DNA of 64,000 nucleotides from a virus, in IMG/VR virus record IMGVR_UViG_3300023174_000155, positions 6,154 to 70,153 of that record. The stretch is one strand, 5' to 3'. A program made the translations under genes and the position numbers. Each line of letters opens with the position of its first letter. Within the stretch, counting starts at the first letter, position 1. Positions 19,715 through 29,860 of the stretch are shown piece after piece. The notes under the pieces were generated by a model that was not told the DNA's origin, ran no database searches, and saw only the letters and a list, made by a program, of their open reading frames with translations.

Positions 19715-21750
19715 TATTTCTTACCTCCAGTTGTCCATGTTATAGTTCTTCCTGTCCATTGACTTAAAGCGTCTGTTGCAGTTGCGCTATGAAATGCTGC
19801 AGTTGTTCCAAGCGCTGCTCTTGATTTTACACGAACTCTATTAGTTGGCTTAAAGTATGCGCTTTCTGGTCTTGTAGGATCTTGAAATCCTGGTTTTGAT
19901 AAATATCTATATTTACTTACATCTGATTGTGATTCTATCCATACAGGAATCCATGTGGGGGTTGAGCTTGAATCATTTTTATCAACATACTGATATTGCA
20001 ATGCGTCAAATTCAAATATTTCTGAATCAATTAATAGGTAGCCATTAAAATTAAATATAGATTGATATTGGCTATAGTTGTCAATTGTTTTTGTTTCAAT
20101 TTGAAGTCCTGGATATGTGGTTGCATTAGTTAGATTATTTAAATCTGCAACACTGGTTGCAGCTTGAATTGGATACTTAAGTCCACCCGCCGAAAGAAAT
20201 GTTGTTGGTGATTCCCAAAGTGGTCCAGAGCTTTGAACATAATTAGATTTGAGAGGGGTTTTCCAAATAATCTTTACTTGGTTTCCAGAGGCAATTTCAT
20301 CTTGACTAAAAGAAATTATATTTGGCAATGCTGATCCTTCTGCTTCGCTATAGAATGACCATGTAGAAGATCTTGTTGAGTCATAAATGTAATCTCTGCT
20401 ATAAAATTGCAAGATACCTTCATCATCAAAGAATGCATTCATTTGAATGTCTCTGCACAATATTTGTATTGCTTCCCAAACTGTTTGATTGTCTTCTGTC
20501 CACCAATAGTTTACAATTGGTACGGACGTATCTGGTGACTTTAAGTTAAAATTGTAATCAACAAAACCAATTGAATCTAGCAGCCTTCTTATAATTGCTG
20601 TTACTGGGAAGTCTTCACATAATATATCTGGGCAAAGCGTTTCCATTAAATACTTTGCTCCATCTAAAGCAACTACCCTAACGTCTCCATATTCTGAAAT
20701 AGACCAGTTGTCAACATAATAAATGCCTTGCTCAACTTTATCGTATTTATCAGATCCAGAAGTTATTGCTCCATTTGAATGAAATACTTTAATGTATGGC
20801 TTTAGTTCTGCATATTTAAACATATATATCTTGTCTGTATCAAATGATGCAGACAGTCTATTATATGGAAGTGTCTGTAGGGTTGTTTGGTTATATTTAG
20901 ATAGATTTAAATCTATGTTGTTTGCTGTAACTGTTCCAACTGGCAATATGTCTGATGGATTAGATGAAGATTCTTTAGTAATGTCTAATGAAACTATGTC
21001 TGAAGATATGTCCTTTATCCATCTAGCTGATACTTCAATAATAGCTATTACTTTTCCGTTTCCTGGATTTGTTGCTTGAACACGAATTGATTTAATAGCT
21101 TGTGGTGTTGCATATGTAATTGGCTCTGTTGGTGCCGTCGCTGACCAAGATGAGCCGCCGTAGTAAAGGGTTACCAGACCGCTTGCTGGTGTGCTTGTAG
21201 GGCCAAGCACCTGTGTTGAGTTATCAGACTTTGTAATAGTAATTGTATACGTTGTTGGAAGTTGATTGTATTTATCAAATTTGACTATAATTTTATTTGC
21301 TACAGCATTTTTGTTTCCAGTTACTGGGTTGGAGGCCTGCTTATATGTTACTGTTAAATCTGCGGCGGCATTCTTGGGAGCTACCCAATATTTATAAGTT
21401 GTGCTAATTCCAGGATAATAAACTCTAGGCTGTGTGTTTGGATACTGCAATGTTCTAAAAGCAGAAAATGTTGTTGTGTCGCTTGGAAGGGCAATAAAAT
21501 ATTTAATGCCTGGTCCTGAAGGTCTAAATGGCTTTATTACAGAATCAACTGGGAAAAGCTTTTTAAATGGATTTACTTTAATTGGTGTTGTTGATAAATA
21601 ATTTATACCACCAATATAATCTTCCTTTGTTGCAGTTGTACTTGCAGTAATACCATCAATCATAGAATTCATATTATATTCAATGGTACATCCTACATCA
21701 GTTCTTACTGTTGTATTATTGTAAAATACATTTTCAAGATTTGTAGGCAA
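19714..21750 (-). CDS. minor tail protein (hub/Tal-like)
   Basis: G.YYVD.W, WE.IQ.LC......FFD..G.L.F motifs; follows distal tail gene; TTG start. Confidence 0.7.
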   Translation of the reverse strand: MPTNLENVFYNNTTVRTDVGCTIEYNMNSMIDGITASTTATKEDYIGGINYLSTTPIKVNPFKKLFPVDSVIKPFRPSGPGIKYFIALPSDTTTFSAFRTLQYPNTQPRVYYPGISTTYKYWVAPKNAAADLTVTYKQASNPVTGNKNAVANKIIVKFDKYNQLPTTYTITITKSDNSTQVLGPTSTPASGLVTLYYGGSSWSATAPTEPITYATPQAIKSIRVQATNPGNGKVIAIIEVSARWIKDISSDIVSLDITKESSSNPSDILPVGTVTANNIDLNLSKYNQTTLQTLPYNRLSASFDTDKIYMFKYAELKPYIKVFHSNGAITSGSDKYDKVEQGIYYVDNWSISEYGDVRVVALDGAKYLMETLCPDILCEDFPVTAIIRRLLDSIGFVDYNFNLKSPDTSVPIVNYWWTEDNQTVWEAIQILCRDIQMNAFFDDEGILQFYSRDYIYDSTRSSTWSFYSEAEGSALPNIISFSQDEIASGNQVKIIWKTPLKSNYVQSSGPLWESPTTFLSAGGLKYPIQAATSVADLNNLTNATTYPGLQIETKTIDNYSQYQSIFNFNGYLLIDSEIFEFDALQYQYVDKNDSSSTPTWIPVWIESQSDVSKYRYLSKPGFQDPTRPESAYFKPTNRVRVKSRAALGTTAAFHSATATDALSQWTGRTITWTTGGKK

Positions 21751-21752
21751 GA

Positions 21753-22226
21753 TTAGACCTCTTCCATTGAAAGAGATATATTCCAGTGTGCTTGAACTCC
21801 ACGCTTGACTAGATCAAATGAGCAATCTGTAAATGAAACTGTAAAGGTTTCATATCCAGAAGATACCTGGCTTGATCCATTTTTTGCATAATTGATGCGT
21901 ATGTCAAACGTGCCTTGTCCAAGAGTGCTGTTATAAAATGTTCTTAGATCCTCAGCTCCCCAATATCCATCAACTGTTGCTGTTCTATATGATGGTACTA
22001 GATCCCATGAAACATTAAACGCTTCTTTATCTGCAACAAAAAACTTGCGTAAAGTTCCATTTGCCATTCTTCTTGATTGTTCAATTCTATTATGATTTAT
22101 TGTAAATTGACCACGATTATGATCTGTTACTGTATTCCATTTTGTAGTTCCATCCCCGCCATTTGCGGTTGCATCTACTCCGTATATTTGAAGGAGTGCA
22201 CCTTTAGGTAATGTCATTGCTGCCAT
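21753..22226 (-). CDS. distal tail protein (Dit-like)
   Basis: directly after the tape measure gene; RMANGTLR, W..VP, SL..EEV. Confidence 0.7.
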   Translation of the reverse strand: MAAMTLPKGALLQIYGVDATANGGDGTTKWNTVTDHNRGQFTINHNRIEQSRRMANGTLRKFFVADKEAFNVSWDLVPSYRTATVDGYWGAEDLRTFYNSTLGQGTFDIRINYAKNGSSQVSSGYETFTVSFTDCSFDLVKRGVQAHWNISLSMEEV

Positions 22227-25200
22227 TAGTAGTTTCTCCCCCTTCCAATTGTTGCTTCACGCAATTTCATCTTTCTTTCAATTGCATTTGCTACATCATC
22301 TGCAGACAAATCTGTTCCATTAAGTGTAACGTTAATATTATACAGGGAGTTTGAAGAAGTTGCCATACCCCCATTATTATATTTAACTCTTCCTCCCATT
22401 GAATATGCTGGAACATTATAAACTGGGCCACCCATAGCCATTTTATTAATTCTATCAAGCATAGGCATTCCTACTGACTTTACAGATTTAGCATTTATTA
22501 CATATTCACCATTTGAAAGCATTGCAGGAATTGAATCAGATGTTCCATTTCCTGCTCCACTTATGTATCCGCCCATAGCCTTTTTAAATACTGCTCTTAA
22601 TTTAATTCCAGCTGGTGTGGTGATATCATACTTCTTTCCCATATTATCATAAATATAGGTTATTCCGCCAATCTTTTCTACTGTTCCGCCTGGCTTGCCC
22701 ATAACATCAACTGATCCTTGATATCTAGACTGACCAGTTGTTTTTCCAGTTGTTGTAACCTTTGAATTAGTATTTCCAGTAAACACATTTACTGCATCAA
22801 CAAAAGTTTCAACCGCCTTTGAGAACTTGTCATTTGATTCAGCTCTACCTAAAGTTGATGCGCTTAAGTTTTCAAACATAGACTGATACTTATCTTTAGT
22901 TACTGTTACGCTTCCAGTTCCTGGAGATCCCTCGTATGTCTTTGTTCCAGTAATATACTGTTTTTCCATTTGTGTTGCAGCCTGTGCAAGGCCAGTATCT
23001 TTGCTAGATTTAGCAGCATTAAATGATGCCGCTAATGCCTTTTGTGCATCTGGAGTAAACTTGCCACCATATTTAGCAACAATTCTAATAATTTCTGCTT
23101 CAAAATCTTTTGCTGACTGTGTGTCTTCTACAGCTCTTGCTGCTCCAGCCGCTGCGCCTGATGCAGCCTTTGACTTAGCATCTTTTTGATTTTGAAGTCT
23201 TTCTATTTCATCTTCTAGTTTTTTTCTTTCAGCATCAAATTTATCATTAATTGATTTTCTTGCTAGCTCTCTTTCCCTGTCTGATCTAATCTTTTGAATA
23301 TTAAGTTGTTCTTGAGCAGCCTGTGCCATATCTCCAGAAGCAAGTGCTTCCTGATATTTAATCTGTGCCTGTTTTATAGATGTTTCAAAACTTTGTGAGC
23401 GTTCTTGAAGATCAAGTATCTCTAATCTTTTTTTTCTTTCTTCTTCTAAAGCATCAATAAGTTTTTGATTTTTCTTTATAGCATTATCATAATAAGAGCT
23501 ATCTTGTTTTGCTGAGGCTTTTACAATATCCTGTAGTCTACCTTGATTTTTAACTCTTGTGGCAACTAATTTACCTATTGCAGTTTCTGATACAACTGAA
23601 GTGGCCGCATCTTTTACCTTTTGATATCCAGCAGCAACTGATATAGCTTCAGCACCAGTCATTGCGCCAATATCCATAACATCACTTAAACCAGCTGCAA
23701 CTAATTGATACTTAGAAAATATGCTTAATATAGATTCTGACTTGCCTAAAATAGAAGCCATTTCAAGATTTTGCATTTTATAAGCTTCTAAGTTTTGATC
23801 ATTAATCTTTGCTGTAGCTCCTGTAGATCCCTTAATTTTTTCAATTGTTTCTGCTAAAGCTTCTGTTTCTGTTTTAACTTTTCCATTTTTGTCTTTAATA
23901 GTAGTAAGAGAATCTTTATATGAATTTAGTCCATTAAGTACAACATCCATTCCAACATTAAACTCTTCTGCATTAAATGTTTTAGCCCCTTCAATAACTT
24001 TTCCAAGTTTTTCAACTTGGCTTGTTGCGGCACTTGCCCTATCTGTGATTTCTTTAAAGCCAGATGATGTTATTGCTCCAAGCGATTGCTTTGCTTTATT
24101 TGAAGCGGCAACAAGTGTATAGATTGTATTTGTAGCTTCTTCTACGCTCATGCCCATAGCTACATATTGTGCCTTCATTGATGTGGCTAATTCATTAACT
24201 TGTGATGTATCTGCATTATTAAATAGGTCTACAGTTTCTTTTGCACTAGTCTTAGCTTTTTCAATTCCATCTTTTAATTGTTGAATTGTAAGTGTAAGTC
24301 CAGGTATACCGCTTTTTGTAAATGAATTATATGAAGACTCAATTTTAGCTTTATTTAACTCAAGCTGGGTATTCATATCCTTAATTCTGTCGGATATAGA
24401 TGTATATTGAATTCCTACTTCTGCAAGCTGCTCTTTTGTCCCGCCAAACATTGCACGGTTAACTTTACCAGCATTTTCAGCATCTTTTCTAAATTTATTA
24501 ATAAGCATTACTGCTGCTGTAAGTCCACCAATTACTGCACCAGGAATTGTTAATCTACCTAGAATGCTTGCTACTTTAGCTACAGAAGGTATTAGGCTAC
24601 CAAATCCTTTCATGGCTGTCATCATTGGAATAATGTTTGATGCAACTGATATTGCCATACCAGTAGGTCCACCAACCATCTGTCCTGCAATTCCACCAGC
24701 TAAACCAATTCCCATTTGTGCACCAATTCCCATTGGTCTTCCAGACATGTTAGAAACAATTCCTTTGCCATAAGGATTTTTTAATCCTGCGGTAAATGCT
24801 CCAACTGCTCCGCCATCTTGGTATCCTGGAATTATTCCTCCTGCATTTCTAGGAACAAATAGCTCTGGACCATTTTCTCCAACAAGGTAAGGTCTTCCAG
24901 CATTTACTGGACCACCCATTGCACGAGCACCATCTACAACTGTTTCTAATTGCAGTCTTCCATTTTCTGCATTAACAATTCTAAACTTTCCGCCAAATAT
25001 AGATTCTTTTTCTGATCTTGAATTGTTTGTTAGCTTTTGTCCAAATGGTGCCGCAAATTTTGCTTGTGGGAAAATTTCTGAAGCTGGCACAACATTTCTA
25101 TTTTTTACTAAAGCTTCTAATAAAATTGATTTACCTTCAGTGTCTGCTCTAAATCCTGGAGCAAACATTGAGGCAACGCCTCTGTCTGAACTCCATGAAG

Positions 25201-28200
25201 AGCGACGCATAATAAATTCTTTTCCAATTAAACCTGAATAATCTCCAGTTGCTCTTGCTTGTGTAAGAGCATCTAAAATATTTTGTGGCAGTGGGTTTGA
25301 TCTATTATTACTTAAACGAACTCCTCTATAAAGATTTCCGCTAAATTTCTTTGACAAAGACTTCACAGCTTCTGTAGCACCTGGAGTATTTAATATTCCA
25401 TAGTTGCCTTCCATGTATTGGCGAAGTATATATTTACCACGATCTTCTAATGTTCCAACTGGGAATCCTGGAACCTGTGCCATACGTGCAAACTGTGGAT
25501 CGTTATAACTAATTTCTCTAGTTCTTGCAAATGGATCTTTTTCAAATGGATCATACTGTGCCTTTGATCCAACATGCATTGCTCTACCAATTTGTAATGG
25601 ACCATGTAGTGGGTCTTGGTTTCCTAATGTATATTGCATTCCTTGTGGATAGAATTGCTTCTTTGGTTTCCATTTAGAAGTTAGTCTACTAATTACTGAT
25701 GAAGATAATGATGGAATTCCGCCTCCACGAATATATCCTTGAACCATTCCGCCCATATTGTACTTTCCATTTTGTGCTGGAACTGGAATACTTCTTCCGC
25801 CTTGAGATGTAACCGCTCCGCCCATCATTGGTACCATTCCACCAGCATTCATTCCAACCCAGTTGTTTGTTGAAGCTTTAAAATTAGATGTAATTGATTC
25901 TTCTGATGAATCAAATACTATTTTTGCAAAATCTTGTTCGTTTATTGTTCCACGCTTAGATAGTATCTTATAGTTTATTTTGTTTGCAGTTGCCGATAAT
26001 ATATTTTTTACTACTGATGTGGGCAACCCTAATTCATGTTGTAAATGCATTGCAAGGTCGGTTAGGTTTCCTGGTCCAACTTTTACCCAGTCTGCAGATG
26101 TTGCAGTTTGATCGTTTAATTTTTCATTAAAATGTTGTGATCCTCTAACGGACATTGCTGGAAGCGCTCTATATTTTTTATTTGGATCTATTTTGCCTGT
26201 TGCCCCTAAAGCAATTAAATCAGACCCAAGTAAGTCTGGTGTAGATGCTGTTCCAGTTGGCATTCCATGTGTGTTTAAAAATTCTTGGCTCACTGCATGA
26301 ATATTTACTTCTGACTGTCTTTTATCAATTTTGCCGTCTGCGCCACGAACTCTCTTTAATGGCCTTGCCCCATATAATCTAGAAACTTCTCTGCCAGCCT
26401 TAGATTTAAAAAACCTAGATGAAGAAAAATCAGAATACCCATATCCACCTGGTCTTGCTCCAGGTGTTGAAAATGCATTGAACCCGCTTGTTCTTTGATG
26501 ACCCCTGCTGCTCATTGTGACGCCTCTAGAGGCACCTACTGCAATCATTTTATTTCTTAGGCTTGCAATAACTCCGCCAAGGTTTTTATTTTGTACTGGG
26601 ACAATCATTGCCTGACCGTCATTGAGAGCTCTCATTCCATCAGGATCTTGTTGTGCAATACCCTTTTTAATTACAAACTCTCCTGGAGTAAGCATTGCTG
26701 GAACTGTATCTGTGTTTCCAAATCCTGGAACTTGATCTCCATTATTGAAAAATACATTTCCACCCATTTTAAATCTTTTTGGTCTAGTTGTTTCTATTGA
26801 GTATGGTGCACCAAAAGTTTTAACTCCTAGGGCTCCCGCAATTTTATTAATAAGACCTCTATTTCTTGGTCTTGTAAGCTCTTTCATGTTAGCTTTTCCA
26901 GTTACTGGATCAAATGCTGGTTGATCTACAATTGGAAGTTGAGTTAAATTAATTGTTCTTCCTTGTGCGGTAGCAATACCTGTTGCGGCTTGGCCCATCA
27001 TTGCTTCAATCTGTTGATTTAATGAAATAATCCTTGCTCTTGCTTGATCAACATTTATTTTAGATGCTTGAAGTTCTGCAACTATTTGTGCTGACTCTGC
27101 TGCCGCCAATGAAGTTATTCTTGACATTTCTGGAAGTAGTGCTTGATATGAATCAGATAATGAAGTTGTAATTAAACCAGTTGCTGCAATTTCTTTTTTA
27201 AGCAATGCTATTTCTTGTTGTGATTGCATTGCTAATGCACCAGTCATTGAATGGAATTTAGCAGCTTCTTCTGCAACAATTCCTGTTGAAACTCCACGTA
27301 TTGCACTTGCTCCTGCAACCTTTGGTAAATCTCCAGACATATACATCTGCGGATTATTGCTAATCTTTTGATTAACTAACGGTGCTCCTGGAACAACACC
27401 AAATATTGTTTGTGCAGATTTTTCTTCTGCTGTCATTCTGCTTAATGGATTTAAATGAGAGAAAGATCTAGTGTCTCTTTCGCTTATTAAAGGATGATTT
27501 GGAACAACTTCTCTTCCGCCTCCAACTACAGTATTTCCAGCAACTGTGGAAATTACTGGTCTTGCTGATATTGTTCCAGAACTTGCTTTTCTACTTAATT
27601 CATCTAATTCTAAATTTAAATTAGCTAGCGCTTGTCCTAAAATATTTGCTGCTTTAGCATCACTATAGAATGTTGTTTCCATAAGATTTCCAGCTTTTTG
27701 AGCTGCTAAAATTTCAGGAGTTAATAATTTCCATCCTTCTCCGCCTTTAAATAATGCCTTAAAATGTGCAATTCCCTTAACAATGTATCCAAAGAAGTTT
27801 GCAAGTACACCAGTTAACATAATTGCAGGACCTGCTAATGCTGTTAAGCCTCCAACTAATGTCAAAATCTTTTTAATTGGGTCTGGAAGCTTATTGTTAA
27901 ATTCAATTACTTTGTCAATTAAGTTAATAAAGAATGTTTGAATATTAAGAAACGCATCTCCAACTCCTGCAAGATCTGCTTTTAATCCTTCTAATGCTCT
28001 ACGATATTTACCAGAAGCCGATTCTGTGATTTGTGATAATTCTCGTCCAGCTACATTTGCTAAATCTGATGCACTAGAATTCATTAAATCTAAAACTTGT
28101 AGCGTCTGGCTTCCCTGTTTTCCTAAGTTATCAAATAAAGCTGACAATCTAGCAAACTGGAACTTTCCAAATAGCTGTTCAATTGCTTTTGATTTAGTTA

Positions 28201-29479
28201 ATGGATCAAGTGTGTCTAGCGCTTTTTGTAATTCTAAAATTGTTCCTGTTAAATTTCCAGCATTGCTTGTTACAATTCCACCTAAATCTATTCCAAATCC
28301 TGCGAACATTTCCTTTGCAACTTTAGTTGGGTTAATGAGAGATGCTAAAGATGACTTAATTGCATTTGCACCTTCTGATGCATTGATTCCGCCTTCCTTC
28401 ATAGCCGTTAAATAAAGAGCTAGGTCTTGTATGCTTCCGCCCAAAGACTTTACAACTGGTCCAGCTTTTGGAATTGCTTCAACTAAATCTGCAAGGCTTG
28501 TTGAGGTTTGGTTTTCAACTGCGTTCAGGAAGTTAATCGACTCAGAAAGCTCTTGTGTATTTTGATTAAATGCTGTTTGAATTGCAAGCGTCGCCTTCAT
28601 TGCTTCTTGACGATCAACTTCTCCAAGTACCGCTAATCTTGTTGTTTCTCTAGTTGAGTTAAGAAGGTCTTCTCCTTGCTTTCCAGTTGCCGCAATATCA
28701 GCAGCTAAAGCTATAGTTTCTGTATAAGATGCACCGTATTGTTGTGCTAAATCTTTTGCTGTTGCTGCAACTTCTTTTCTAATTTTTCCTAGCTCTACAG
28801 CAGAAGTTTGTGCGACACCACCATAAACTTTAGTAAGTCTAACTAGTTGTTCGTCTGCAACTCTAAATGCATCTGCTGCTGCTTTGCCGAATGCTGCGAT
28901 TGGAATAGTAAGTCCAACAGTTAACTGACGTCCTGCCCACTGAGTATTCTTACCCCAGTTAATTAATTGCACTCCACCATCTTGAATTACTTTGTTCATT
29001 ATTTGCATTTCTTGCTTAAGCAATGCAGCCTTATTCTTTGTTACGTCCAGTCCTCTTGGAACCTGTACGTTAAATTGCATTAACCCTTCAGCATTTCTGC
29101 CTAATGGTTGAAGAATAGAATTTTGTAATTGAACTTGTTGTTTTGCTAAATCTCTAATTAAGCCGCCTGCAGTTTTTGAATGATTTTGCCATGTGGCATA
29201 ATAGTCTCTTAATTTAAGTTTTCCAGAATCTAAATTTTTTCCAAACTTGTCAACATCTGAAGATAGGCTTACAAAATGTGTAGAAAATTGTCCTGTGCTT
29301 CTTAATGTTGCAGCAAAATTCTGTTGAATTTTGGCTGCTTGTAATGCAAGTGCCTTGTCAGTTGTTGTAAGAGTTTGTTTTAATTGGGCAAGATTAGTAG
29401 TGACCTTATTGACATTTGCAATTAGATCTGAAAAGTCAGCATTAGCGACTATATTCGTGACTATGTTTTCATCAGCCAT
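22226..29479 (-). CDS. tape measure protein with internal cargo domains including an ADP-ribosyltransferase
   Basis: 2417 aa after tail chaperones; helical TMP domain, hydrophobic segments, DTVPAML.PGEFV, LVGE.GPELFVP and DSIPAMLSNGEYV motifs; LYRG/SSWSS/ExE at aa about 1383-1492. Confidence 0.92.
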   Translation of the reverse strand: MADENIVTNIVANADFSDLIANVNKVTTNLAQLKQTLTTTDKALALQAAKIQQNFAATLRSTGQFSTHFVSLSSDVDKFGKNLDSGKLKLRDYYATWQNHSKTAGGLIRDLAKQQVQLQNSILQPLGRNAEGLMQFNVQVPRGLDVTKNKAALLKQEMQIMNKVIQDGGVQLINWGKNTQWAGRQLTVGLTIPIAAFGKAAADAFRVADEQLVRLTKVYGGVAQTSAVELGKIRKEVAATAKDLAQQYGASYTETIALAADIAATGKQGEDLLNSTRETTRLAVLGEVDRQEAMKATLAIQTAFNQNTQELSESINFLNAVENQTSTSLADLVEAIPKAGPVVKSLGGSIQDLALYLTAMKEGGINASEGANAIKSSLASLINPTKVAKEMFAGFGIDLGGIVTSNAGNLTGTILELQKALDTLDPLTKSKAIEQLFGKFQFARLSALFDNLGKQGSQTLQVLDLMNSSASDLANVAGRELSQITESASGKYRRALEGLKADLAGVGDAFLNIQTFFINLIDKVIEFNNKLPDPIKKILTLVGGLTALAGPAIMLTGVLANFFGYIVKGIAHFKALFKGGEGWKLLTPEILAAQKAGNLMETTFYSDAKAANILGQALANLNLELDELSRKASSGTISARPVISTVAGNTVVGGGREVVPNHPLISERDTRSFSHLNPLSRMTAEEKSAQTIFGVVPGAPLVNQKISNNPQMYMSGDLPKVAGASAIRGVSTGIVAEEAAKFHSMTGALAMQSQQEIALLKKEIAATGLITTSLSDSYQALLPEMSRITSLAAAESAQIVAELQASKINVDQARARIISLNQQIEAMMGQAATGIATAQGRTINLTQLPIVDQPAFDPVTGKANMKELTRPRNRGLINKIAGALGVKTFGAPYSIETTRPKRFKMGGNVFFNNGDQVPGFGNTDTVPAMLTPGEFVIKKGIAQQDPDGMRALNDGQAMIVPVQNKNLGGVIASLRNKMIAVGASRGVTMSSRGHQRTSGFNAFSTPGARPGGYGYSDFSSSRFFKSKAGREVSRLYGARPLKRVRGADGKIDKRQSEVNIHAVSQEFLNTHGMPTGTASTPDLLGSDLIALGATGKIDPNKKYRALPAMSVRGSQHFNEKLNDQTATSADWVKVGPGNLTDLAMHLQHELGLPTSVVKNILSATANKINYKILSKRGTINEQDFAKIVFDSSEESITSNFKASTNNWVGMNAGGMVPMMGGAVTSQGGRSIPVPAQNGKYNMGGMVQGYIRGGGIPSLSSSVISRLTSKWKPKKQFYPQGMQYTLGNQDPLHGPLQIGRAMHVGSKAQYDPFEKDPFARTREISYNDPQFARMAQVPGFPVGTLEDRGKYILRQYMEGNYGILNTPGATEAVKSLSKKFSGNLYRGVRLSNNRSNPLPQNILDALTQARATGDYSGLIGKEFIMRRSSWSSDRGVASMFAPGFRADTEGKSILLEALVKNRNVVPASEIFPQAKFAAPFGQKLTNNSRSEKESIFGGKFRIVNAENGRLQLETVVDGARAMGGPVNAGRPYLVGENGPELFVPRNAGGIIPGYQDGGAVGAFTAGLKNPYGKGIVSNMSGRPMGIGAQMGIGLAGGIAGQMVGGPTGMAISVASNIIPMMTAMKGFGSLIPSVAKVASILGRLTIPGAVIGGLTAAVMLINKFRKDAENAGKVNRAMFGGTKEQLAEVGIQYTSISDRIKDMNTQLELNKAKIESSYNSFTKSGIPGLTLTIQQLKDGIEKAKTSAKETVDLFNNADTSQVNELATSMKAQYVAMGMSVEEATNTIYTLVAASNKAKQSLGAITSSGFKEITDRASAATSQVEKLGKVIEGAKTFNAEEFNVGMDVVLNGLNSYKDSLTTIKDKNGKVKTETEALAETIEKIKGSTGATAKINDQNLEAYKMQNLEMASILGKSESILSIFSKYQLVAAGLSDVMDIGAMTGAEAISVAAGYQKVKDAATSVVSETAIGKLVATRVKNQGRLQDIVKASAKQDSSYYDNAIKKNQKLIDALEEERKKRLEILDLQERSQSFETSIKQAQIKYQEALASGDMAQAAQEQLNIQKIRSDRERELARKSINDKFDAERKKLEDEIERLQNQKDAKSKAASGAAAGAARAVEDTQSAKDFEAEIIRIVAKYGGKFTPDAQKALAASFNAAKSSKDTGLAQAATQMEKQYITGTKTYEGSPGTGSVTVTKDKYQSMFENLSASTLGRAESNDKFSKAVETFVDAVNVFTGNTNSKVTTTGKTTGQSRYQGSVDVMGKPGGTVEKIGGITYIYDNMGKKYDITTPAGIKLRAVFKKAMGGYISGAGNGTSDSIPAMLSNGEYVINAKSVKSVGMPMLDRINKMAMGGPVYNVPAYSMGGRVKYNNGGMATSSNSLYNINVTLNGTDLSADDVANAIERKMKLREATIGRGRNY

Positions 29480-29488
29480 TTATATATG

Positions 29489-29860
29489 CTACCCCTTTTC
29501 GTATCCTAATCCCGCTCCAATTCCAAATCCTGCACTTGCTGCTAGTTGTCCTTGTAATGAAACTATGTCATCACCACTAGCATTTATACCAAGTGCCCGT
29601 CTTTGTACATCTTCAAAGGAAGGACCTTCTTCTTCTTGGCTATCTTTTCCTAAGTCTATACCTTGGATTGACGCTAAGAATCTTCTTTTCTCTGACTCAG
29701 TCTTTTGCATTGATTTCAAAGTTTGAATCAGTTCTGGCATTGAAAGACTGTCTTCTAGTTCTTCGTAATTCTTCCAGTGTCCTAAAAGAAAAACTTCACC
29801 CTCTAATGCGGCTAAATCTAGTTCTGACCAGCCAGAACCGCTGCCGCTAGAAGGTTTGGG
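29489..29860 (-). CDS. tail assembly chaperone, frameshifted C-terminal part (gpGT-like)
   Basis: -1 frame open from slippery site: KPSSGSGSGWSELDLAALEGEVFLLGHWKNYEELEDSLSMPEL... Confidence 0.85.
   Translation of the reverse strand, partial: PKPSSGSGSGWSELDLAALEGEVFLLGHWKNYEELEDSLSMPELIQTLKSMQKTESEKRRFLASIQGIDLGKDSQEEEGPSFEDVQRRALGINASGDDIVSLQGQLAASAGFGIGAGLGYEKG

Noticed and set aside
17984-21750. Tail-tip gene split at 19714 as a frameshifted pseudogene
   Set aside because: TAATG coupling with a GGAGG RBS indicates two deliberate genes.
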